A stretch of DNA of 63,915 bases, counting the filler, from Olpidium bornovanus S191 (taxonomy: Eukaryota > Fungi > Olpidiomycota), in the NCBI GenBank assembly GCA_017911155.1. It is 29 parts of 29 records of this genome, joined end to end, with 100 filler letters (N's around TTAATTAATTAA, not from the genome) between each part and the next. Parts side by side here need not be neighbours in the genome. Positions count along the whole stretch, not along the records: positions 24,680 to 27,749 come from JAEFCI010005186.1; positions 27,850 to 29,182 come from JAEFCI010003221.1; positions 29,283 to 31,259 come from JAEFCI010004723.1; positions 31,360 to 32,464 come from JAEFCI010012725.1; positions 32,565 to 33,747 come from JAEFCI010006122.1; positions 33,848 to 35,853 come from JAEFCI010006196.1; 23 more parts are not named here. One strand, written 5' to 3'. Below the pieces are notes generated by a model. The model saw nothing but the letters and a program-made list of their open reading frames with translations. It was not told the origin of the DNA and searched no databases. A program made the position numbers and the translations under genes. Position 1 is the stretch's first letter. Each line of letters begins with the position of its first letter. Below, one piece after another: positions 24,996 to 33,911 of this stretch.

Positions 24996-26994
24996 ATGGC
25001 GGTCGCCGCGCTCTCTTCCGCTGTGGCTGCGGCCACCGTGGCCGTCCGCGAGTACTGGCACGTTCCTGAAGCATGGCAGTCCGACAACATGCGCCGTGGT
25101 CTGCGTGTTAAACTTGAGGTGCGGACAGAGGCTGTTGCGGACAGAGGCGGGTCGAATTCACGGGCGTCGCCACATGCCGTGCCACACAAAGCGGAGGCAT
25201 GGAGGACCGAAGGCGGCTCTCCCGGGGTGCGTGTGGGCGCGGGTCTCTGACGGTTGGCCACCGGAGCAGAGGTCCCAAGCCCACAGCATTATCCGGGGGC
25301 CGCCGGACGTCCTTCTCGCGGAGGCTTCTTGTGGGCACGGCCGTGTGCGCGGGTTGTAGATGAAGTGGATGCTCGGAGGACCAAAGGTGGCTCTCCCGGC
25401 GTGCGTGCGGGCGCGGGTCTCTGACGGTTGGCCACCGGAGCAGAGGTCCCAAGCCCGCAGCATTATCTGGGGGCCGTCGGACGTCCTTCCAGCAGAAGCT
25501 TGCGTCTGCTGCCCAGCGACGGCGCAGAGGGCCGAAGGCAGCTCTCCCGGGGTGCGTGCGGGCGCGGGTCTCTGACGGTCCGCCACCGGAGCAGAGGTCC
25601 CAAGCGCGCAGCATCGTCCGGGGGCCGCTAAACGTCCTTCCTGCCGACGCTGCCTGCCGAAGCTGCTGCCCGTGGCCTTGTAGGTCTTTTTATCTGCGCG
25701 GTCTCGGACGGCCCCATGCCTGACGTGTTTCCCGATTTCCTTCTTTTCACGCCCCGGGGCAGATCTTGGTCAACTTTCTCGACAAGGTGACGGTGCCGGG
25801 GGCGTTGGAGGTGTTGCTTGCCGACCGGGAGGGCCTGCAGGATTGGTGCCAACACGCGTTTATCCTGGCCGGAGGAGACACGCGTGTGGGACCGACTCGG
25901 GGCCCTCCTCGGAGGTCGGGAGCTCCGCTACCCTCGGGTGCGACAAGCTTGGGGACGTTGGGCCAAGCCTGGGCGCCCGGGGGCCATGGCGCGTCGTCAG
26001 GGAGCCCCGGTCTGCTTCATCCTCCCGCACCGACCGGATCTGCGCGCCCGGTGCCTGGGGAAGTTCATGTCAAGCCTTCCGTGCGAGAAGGTGCCCACGA
26101 CCTCGGAATGCGTCTCCCTGTCGTCCCTGCGGGAGATCAATCCGGAGCGCAAGATTCAGGAATGCTGGATCTTCGATGCGGACACAATGGCGGTCGTCGG
26201 GGGCTTCCGGCAGAACTTCGCGACGACGACGACTTCGAACCGGTGGCACCGTAATTGCCAAGTTTTGCTTGAAACTCAGCTTGGAGTGAGCCGTTCGGCG
26301 TGCCGGCAGCACCGCGCTGGTGGGAAGATGGCTGGCTTTGGGCTGGCCAGTCCGCGGGGTGTGCGGGAGCTTCGCGAGTACCTCGCGAAGCCAGCTCTTC
26401 GAGCTGAGCCAGAAGGACTAGCTACGCGCGCCAATTGCACTGCGCAACATGGCCTTGTTTGCGAGTTTTTGTCCTACGTCAAAGCTCACGATTCGTGCCT
26501 GAGCGATGGGCTCTCGGCCTTCCACAAGGCTTTCCCTGCGGCGCTGCCGCCGATGTGGACGGCGCACAATTATCAGGTGAGATAGGTCTTGATTGCGCGT
26601 CTCCTTGTGCGGTTTAAAGACGCTTTGATCACGGGGGCTGACAAAAGCCATGCTGTTCGTCATTCTCGAGCCCCGCATGCACGTCGATCGCGACGCCAAT
26701 CACCTGTGCCTGGCTTTTTGCATGGAGGAGCCGGGCATTTCTGGAGGCGAATTCGTCTTGCCGGCCCGCGGCTTGTTCTTCAAGCTGGAGGACCACCTCC
26801 TGTTCTTCTTCGCAAACAAGGAGCCGCATGGGACGGCCGTCATGGACCTCCCGGAGGGCCATGAGGGCCGCTTGATGATGGCTCACGCGATTCCGCGGCG
26901 CCTGTGGTCATTTGTGACGACCAGAGGTTTTGGACCTGCGCCGGGTCTTCGGCGCTCTGAGCCTGGAGGCCGGTTACTCCGCAAGTGGTCATAG
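24996..26994 (+). CDS. TET/JBP-family 2OG-Fe(II) dioxygenase (putative nucleic-acid base oxidase); possible frameshift, so it may be a pseudogene
   Basis: Model: exons 24996-25118, 25763-26576 (frame change near 25850) and 26671-26994. Motifs are GKMAGFG, spliced TAHNYQ/PRMHVDRD (HxD at 26680-26688), GGEFVLP, HGT (26827) and GRLMM (Arg at 26869). His-to-His spacing is 49 aa and His-to-Arg 14 aa. Exon 1 is less certain than the catalytic exons. Confidence 0.75.
25201..25645. repeat. Three imperfect direct repeats of a ~115-bp core (periods 174 and 151 bp)
   Basis: The core GGCTCTCCCGG.GTGCGTG.GGGCGCGGGTCTCTGACGG...CCACCGGAGCAGAGGTCCCAAGC...CGTCCTTC starts near 25201, 25375 and 25526. Confidence 0.92.
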
Positions 26995-27139
26995 CCATGA
27001 TATTCGGCAGTAGATCGTCGGTGGCATCAAGGGCCGTGAGCGCCCCTAAGTGGATGTATCCGGGCTCGCCGATGAAGACGTTCTCAGACACTCTGAGCCC
27101 TTGGGCGATGACTCGACGCTTGTTTGAGGTGAGGAGCAG

Positions 27140-27749
27140 GTCGGGATTGCGGTCAAGGTATTCGGTGACGGTGTCTCGGGCATTGACGGGGTTTTCCTCG
27201 TCTTCCCAGGTGGCTTCGGACCTGTCGGAGCCAAGCCAAAGGACGAGGTATTGTTTTTTTTCTGCGCCGAATACGCTTCCCAATTACCGCTTCTACCTCG
27301 TACTCGTCGTTCTCGGAGCGCGGCCGGCTGACCTTCCTTCCTTTGCCCGGTTCCTCGTACTTCTGCAGGAGCGAGACGTGGAAGACAGGATGGATCTGGG
27401 CGAAGGGCGGAGGAAGTGCCAGTGTATAGTTGTCCTTTTTGTCTTTGTCGGTGACAAGAAAAGGGCCAACATAGGGCGCTGCGTATTTTCGGGATAGCAG
27501 TTTTTCCTCGTGCCGGAGTCCTTCTCGGAGAAGTGGATGTCTTTTCGCCGTGAGTTGCACGCCTTGGCTTGTCGTGCTTGAGCTCTCTTCAAGGCGTCCT
27601 GCGCCTTTTGGAGCTTGGCAGATAAATTGGCCAGGGGACTGTCCTTCCGGATGCCGTCGAGGCCACGAAGGTCGGTCCCGAAGGCCAACATATGTGGCGA
27701 CTCGCCGGTGATTGTGTGGGGCATCGCGTTGTGCGCGAATTCCAAGAGA
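27140..27749 (-). mobile_element. Chromovirus (Ty3/gypsy) integrase C-terminus plus chromodomain, frameshifted
   Basis: Reads NAMPHTITGESPHMLAFG...AQARQAKACNSRRK/YVGPFLVT...YTLALPPPFAQIHPVFHVSLLQKY (GPY/F module). This is followed by EYEVEAVIGKR/QYLVLWLGSDRSEATWEDEEN (chromodomain). Confidence 0.92.
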
Positions 27750-27849
27750 NNNNNNNNNNNNNNNNNNNNNNNNNNNNNNNNNNNNNNNNNNNNTTAATTA
27801 ATTAANNNNNNNNNNNNNNNNNNNNNNNNNNNNNNNNNNNNNNNNNNNN

Positions 27850-28210
27850 AATCCTTGACCAGCGGCATTCCTGAATATATGCGCATTACCGGTTCCGCCC
27901 ACTTTTGCGAGGACTGTGTGTTTGCCAAACACACCCGTTCCTCGCATCCATCTAAACTCCACTCGTCATGACCTCATAGAATCAATCCACTCCAATGTTG
28001 TTGGTCCAATGCCGCTGGGCATCGACGATTCCAAGTATGTCGTGAATATCATTAAACACCATTCACATTTTGCTCGTTCCGTCCCCATCCCCTCGAAGGA
28101 ATCCCATGTGGTTCTCCGAGAATTTTAATGTTCAAAGATTTACTCAAAAACACAATGGGTAAAACAATCAAAATTCACTGCACAGATCGAGGAGGGAAGT
28201 ATTTATCCGG
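27850..28210 (+). mobile_element. Ty1/copia gag-pre-integrase / integrase remnant
   Basis: Reads FCEDCVFAKHTR/IHSNVVGPMPLGIDDSKYVVNII..HSHF/FKDLLKNTMGKTIKIHCTDRGGKYLS, i.e. decayed HSDxxGP and RTDRGGEY motifs with frameshifts. Confidence 0.85.
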
Positions 28211-29365
28211 TGTTGGAGGACAATGTGGCCGCCTTCGGCTGCGCCCCCCCCCCCCCCCCCCCCCCGCCCCCCTTTTCCCCCCCCCCCCCCTCCTATTAGC
28301 CCGACTCGCAAAAAAAGCCACCTTAGCTTCTTGCAACCGTCTGAATAGCAAAAATAAACATCACATACCACTTGTGCGCATTTCCCAGAGGATGGTTCGT
28401 GACTGCCATTCCCACGGCAAAGGGCGGCAGCTCCTTGTGTCCGGTATGGGTAAAAACGCGTGAGGCGGCACAAACTGAGCTCCCTTTGGAGGCTTCTTTG
28501 AGCCCCCGTTCCAAGGTCACTTAGAACTCTCCCCAGTACAGGCATAGACGGCGCCGGGAGGGGCCAGCCGACACTGCCGGACACCTTGCAGCAACAGCCC
28601 CCGCTGTCCCTGTTTTCTCCCTTCTTTTTCTCGAGGTCGGGCTCTTCTAGGCCAAAACCGGAGAGTACGAAAATTTTCTTTTTGCCTCCGGAATACAAAG
28701 TCAACTTACGATGCGAGACGCGCCAGAGCAAAATGGCCTTGCCAAACGATTTAATCGCACCTCGAAGAACGGACACGCGCGACATTGTTTTCTTCGCGCT
28801 TACCTCTTAAATTGTGGCCTAAAACTTGGCGTTCCAGAGTACGCATTTATAACTTGTCACCGCATCAAGCTACTCATTCCATTCCTATAAGGCTTAAATG
28901 CTCTGGTATCGATCCGCTGTCAGGAAACTTTCGACTCTGACGGGGTTTTAGCAGACTTGGACGGGCAGCTGTGGACTGTTTTACGCGTGCAGGTTGACGC
29001 AGGTACGGGTGACCACAGGACTCCGAAGTTCCCTTCTTACGGTCGTCGAAGCTTTCTTCGACATGAGTCACGTCGCGCTCCTCTTGTTCCCCACTGCTGC
29101 CCTCCAACCCCGGGAGCTGCCGGCCGCCCGCTCGGAAGCGTCGCAGTCGCAGGCAGTCAGTACTAGACGGCTCTGGGGCTGCNNNNNNNNNNNNNNNNNN
29201 NNNNNNNNNNNNNNNNNNNNNNNNNNTTAATTAATTAANNNNNNNNNNNNNNNNNNNNNNNNNNNNNNNNNNNNNNNNNNNNGATGAAAAAAAAAATGCA
29301 AAGAGGGGCGACCGTGCTCTCTTATTTTTTTTTTTCTTCTGCCGGAGCTTGCGAGCAAAATGTTG

Positions 29366-29437
29366 TGGAGATTCCGGGGTTTGAACCCGGGGCTTTCTGC
29401 ATGCAAAGCAGACACTCTACCACTGAGTTAAACCCCC
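29366..29437 (-). tRNA. tRNA-Ala (anticodon TGC), intronless
   Basis: GGGGGTT TA ACTC AGTGGTA GAGT G TCTGC TTTGCAT GCAGA AAGCC CCGGG TTCAAAC CCCGG AATCTCC A folds as a cloverleaf with the G3:U70 Ala identity pair. A TTTT Pol III terminator follows. Confidence 0.95.
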
Positions 29438-30143
29438 GCGTTTGACGACGTGGAAGTCGGTCGCTTGCAACGACAGAAGAAAGAAACAGGGACGCCGGGC
29501 GCTCTCCTCCGGAGAGCACGGGCGGCCTCGCCTCGCCTGCACCCCGCGCCCTCTCGACCGGCTTCGTTCGCTTCCGTTTTTCCCTTTTTTTTCCTTTTCC
29601 TCAGGATCCTTTCTCCCTCCGAGGCCCCGCCCGACCGCCTGCGCCGCCGCCCGACCCTCGGCCCTTTCCGGTCCCGTTTAGAAACGGAAACATCGCCCGC
29701 CGCCTGCCGCAAACTTGCTGCCCCCCCCCCCGCCGCGCCTGGCAGCCCGCTCCCGCCCTCTCCTGGCCGCGGAGACCCCCCCTTCCCCTCCCCACCCGCC
29801 TCCTCCCGCCCCCTTCCCCGCCTCGCGCGCGCGCCCGCCCTAGAACGCGCGGCCGCCGGCTTCGCGTCTGCACCCGCCCGCGTGCGCGCGTGCCGCGGTG
29901 CCGGCCGCCGGAACGTCGGCAACGGAATGGTCGGGCGCGCCCCTGCCGGACAGATCAGGGACGCTCGGCCGGCCTGGGCCCGGTAGGCTTTTCCGCGGAG
30001 CGCCCGCCGGCCGCCGGCGCCACCGCCGCCGACACCGCCGCCCCAACCGAGAACCGGCGGGGGTGCGGGCCAAGCCGGGGAACAGCCCCGCTCGGAACGT
30101 AGGAGAGCCCGTTGCCGCCCGCGACGGGCAGCGCCGTCGGACG

Positions 30144-31259
30144 ATGGCCCTTCGCGATGCCGCTGGCGTCCGCCCCGCCCGGCCAGGTCAGCGCCACCAG
30201 CACCAGCACCAGCAGGAGCGGCTTTCGGGCGCCGTTTGCGACCACACGCGGAGCCGGAGCGTTTCCTCTCTCTGCGGGACCTTTGGTCCTCACTACGAGA
30301 TGGACGCCGTGGCCTCCCCCGTGCCGTGTTGTGGCGTGCCTCTGGCGGAGACGGCCGGCAATGCGCGCCACGTCCACGGTACGTCACGCGGCCGTTGCCC
30401 GGTTGGGGAAAACTCGAGGTGCGGGGTCCTCGTTCGGCTCGACGCGCTCGCGACCAACCGCCCGTCAAGCCCTGGCCGCGGCTTTCTGCGTTCGGAAGAT
30501 GCGTCGCGAGCGCGCCGTTGAGGCCCCGGCGGGTGTCTCAGTAGGCAGAAAGCGGACGCTTACCTGGGAAGACGCTCCCGAGAGGTCTTCCAAAAAGAAA
30601 GCCGTCGGGCGTCGGCCCCTAAGTGTCGCCGTGATCTTAACTTCGGATCCGCTCCCCGTTTCGCTTGGTAGACAACTCCGCGTCTGCCCTGGAGGTTACC
30701 GGCCAAACGGCGCACGGCCCCGGCTCGTTCTTCACGTTGCGAGGAGGCCCGAGCTCTGCCGTCGCGCGGAGCCGTTCGGCAACAACGAGCTCCTCGTCTG
30801 TCGTTTCCCCGCCGTCGCCTTACTCTTCGTCGTCGGCGACTCTGGGACGGCCTCCCGAAAACGATTGTGCTTTGCCGGGCGAGCTCGACCGGACGACCGC
30901 GCGAAGTCGGCCGCTCTCGACTGCAACGACGCTGTCCGTGTCCACTTCGCGGGCGCCCGTGAAATTTGCCGATTACGCCAAGAAACGGCGGAGCCGCTGT
31001 TTGTGCGCCTGCTGGTACCCCCTGGCGCGGCTCGTGACGTTCATGGTGCCCGACTCTTTGCTTGTGTGGGGCGGCCTCTGGAGGCCAGGTACGTACGAGA
31101 GAGGGAGGTTAAGAGGGGGGGGGGGGGGGGGGGGGGGCCCCCCCGTAATTGAGTGGTTGCTTATTTCCCGCTGTAAATGCCTGCAGCCGCTCAACTCGCG
31201 TGGCGGCAAAAGGTTCTCCTGGTCGCCTTCGTCTACTTCCTCTGTGCGCTTTATGTCGC
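30144..31259 (+). CDS. Chitin synthase, division 2 (class IV/V-like), N-terminal exons
   Basis: CLCACWYPLARLVTFMVPDSLLVWGGL, then after an intron AQLAWRQKVLLVAFVYFLCALYV, matches the W...SR.VTF...AWREK motif. The start codon is tentative. Confidence 0.72.
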
Positions 31260-32367
31260 NNNNNNNNNNNNNNNNNNNNNNNNNNNNNNNNNNNNNNNNN
31301 NNNTTAATTAATTAANNNNNNNNNNNNNNNNNNNNNNNNNNNNNNNNNNNNNNNNNNNNGCATCGTTCTGGAGGTGGCAAACACTTTTTTTTTCCGCCGG
31401 GATTCGCTATTTGACGCAGTCTTCTTCTGACTCCACCCTTGACGTGAAATCTATTTTTGCGATCACACAAGTATGCCATGCTTCCCGAACGGAAGCAACT
31501 CGCGCCACGGGAGCTTTGGGCATCGATCAAGCAGACGTTTGTGCCGGATGAGTCAGTGCGGTCTGCGGACTAGCGACAGGGGGTGAGCGCATGTACATAA
31601 GAGAAACGAATATACCAGATCCATCATGTCTTCGGTCACTCGGCGAACAGCGTCGCCAGCCCGCGTCGCCCAACTTCACGGCGTTGCCCCGCAAACCGTC
31701 GTCGCCCGCGCCACCACGTGCTGTCAGGGCGCTTCTGTACTTTGCCTTTGCCTCAGCACGTGTCGCCCGGTGTCGGCCCAGTGGCATTATACTGCTTGAT
31801 TTTCAACGACAACAACGTATTACGCATGCAGCGGGCATCCAGCAGACATCATGCCGCAGGCATCCCCGGACCTGGTACATTGAATTCCTGCGCTACGCCG
31901 TGCGTTCCCTCCTTCTTTCGGACTACCTCGCCCTCCCTCCCCTTCCCCCCGCCCCACGTTTCCCTTTTCTGAATTCCATCATTCGACTTCACTAAAGAGC
32001 GATTGCAACAATCTAATCAATTGGGAGACGCCATCAACCGAAACCGCGAGACACCCGTCCACTTCGCTGAACGCAGCGCCGCGTGTGTGCTGTCAATGTC
32101 CCAGGTGTCGCGACCTTCGGTTTCGCCTTCGTCGTGACCGCCCTTTTAAACTATAACTATATAAGAGTCGAACCATCAATTTAGGTGCAATTAAATAGCT
32201 GCATTTACTCGCCGAAGCCGGTTGCTGCACCGCATCATCTGACGTCGCCCGATGTCCCAGGCCGTCTCCGGGCATCGCCTGGTGCGGCTCTGCGCGAATC
32301 CCCTTCACCTGTGCAGGCCCTTCCTCCCCACGCCCTGCGCAGGGCCCACCTTTCGGGGCCCCGCGGC

Positions 32368-32448
<81 letters not shown>

Positions 32449-32821
32449 ACACCCACCCCCCCCCNNNNNNNNNNNNNNNNNNNNNNNNNNNNNNNNNNNN
32501 NNNNNNNNTTAATTAATTAANNNNNNNNNNNNNNNNNNNNNNNNNNNNNNNNNNNNNNNNNNNNCATGGGGCGCCGTCTGGAAATAGCGATTCCCAAACC
32601 TCGCTTTGTTTAAGTACGAGTATTTTAGGCGGCGGCGGAACCGGCGGTGGCGGGCGAAGCTGCGGTCTAATCGGCGTTCGGCGCATCGGCGTCGGGGTTA
32701 GCGCCGGTGGGGGCTCGGAGAGGCGGTGGGCTTCGCGGCGTGTTCCGCGGCGGGTGTCGCGGCGGGTGTCGCGACGTGTGTCGCGGCCAGCTCGTCGGCG
32801 CCCTTCGCATCGGTGGCGGTC

Positions 32822-33745
32822 TTAGCGCCGGGTGGCGGGCGCGGTCGCGGGCGTGGTGCCGGGCTCGGGCAGGGAGTCGATATCAACGCCTTCGGGCACC
32901 TCGAGGGTCTGGTTAATCGGGTCGAAGACCAGACCCAGCTCTGCGGCCTTCTCCGCAGTCAGCTCCTTCTTCGCCACTAAATCGAGGGCGATCGTGGTGT
33001 TCTTCGTCTGTTCCGCGAGGAGCGCCGGGTCGATAACGGGGGGCGGCACGACGGAGAACGTGAAGGACTCGGCGCCGGGCGGGGGAGGGATCTTGATGCC
33101 GGGGGGCAGCTCGAGGACGCCGGTCTCAGGGTCGAAGAAAACGCCTAGCTCCTTCGCCTTTTCCGCGGTCAGCTCGCCCCGGCTCGCCAGGTCGGCGGCA
33201 AGTTTGGCGTTTTCCGTCGCCTTCTCCATCGCCTTCTTCTTTTTGCTCTCGCCAATCTCGTTGAAGATCTTGTTGAGGGCGACGGTCGCGATGACGGTGA
33301 TCGCGAGCTCGCTGAAGATTCTCGTCTTCGTCACGCCGGTCCGCGCGGCGAACCCGGTCAGGCCGCCGGCCTTAGACGCGATGGCGCGGGCCGTTTTCGC
33401 CGCTTCTTTGGCCCCCGCCTTCGCCGCCGCGGCGGCCTGCTTCGCCGCCGCCTTCTCGGCGGCTTTTGTCGACGCCGACTTCAAGGCAACCTTATTCGTC
33501 GCTGCCTTCGAGCCGCTGCGGAATACACTTTTGCCGATGCCGGTGGCGAACCTGGCCACGGCGCCAAAGAAACGCTTCCGGAGCAGGGGAGGAGTCTGTT
33601 CTTGCGCGGCGTCAAGCGAGTTCGGAGCGCCGGGAAACTGCGCATCGACGGAGAGATCGACGGCGGTCGGGGGAGCCGCCTGCGTGGCGGTGACCAGCAT
33701 CGCGACGACGAGGACCGCGCGCACTGTGCACTGGAGTCCGCGCAT
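32822..33745 (-). CDS. Uncharacterised secreted precursor protein (signal peptide, Kex2 site, internal repeat)
   Basis: Intronless 307-aa ORF with coding-like codon usage: MRGLQCTVRAVLVVAMLVTATQA-AP..., LLRKR-FFGAVARF..., and two ELTAEKA.ELG..FDP....LE.P.G repeats. Confidence 0.75.
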   Translation of the reverse strand: MRGLQCTVRAVLVVAMLVTATQAAPPTAVDLSVDAQFPGAPNSLDAAQEQTPPLLRKRFFGAVARFATGIGKSVFRSGSKAATNKVALKSASTKAAEKAAAKQAAAAAKAGAKEAAKTARAIASKAGGLTGFAARTGVTKTRIFSELAITVIATVALNKIFNEIGESKKKKAMEKATENAKLAADLASRGELTAEKAKELGVFFDPETGVLELPPGIKIPPPPGAESFTFSVVPPPVIDPALLAEQTKNTTIALDLVAKKELTAEKAAELGLVFDPINQTLEVPEGVDIDSLPEPGTTPATAPATRR

Positions 33746-33911
33746 GANNNNNNNNNNNNNNNNNNNNNNNNNNNNNNNNNNNNNNNNNNNNTTAATTAAT
33801 TAANNNNNNNNNNNNNNNNNNNNNNNNNNNNNNNNNNNNNNNNNNNNAACCACAATTAGAGCTTGTGAAAACACCTCGGTGTCAAAATTTCAGCTCCGAA
33901 CGGCTTGCAAA

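Noticed and set aside
25201-25645. Repeat-spacer-repeat pattern as a CRISPR array or hammerhead ribozyme array
   Set aside because: The ~115-bp unit is too long for CRISPR, there are no cas genes and the host is eukaryotic. The hammerhead core CUGANGA...GAAA is absent (CTGACGG, no GAAA).
24680-27749. KDZ (Kyakuja-Dileera-Zisupton) or Plavaka transposase next to the TET-like genes
   Set aside because: I looked for CxC cysteine clusters and transposase motifs on both TET-bearing contigs and recognised none. The contigs are short, so linkage outside them is not excluded.
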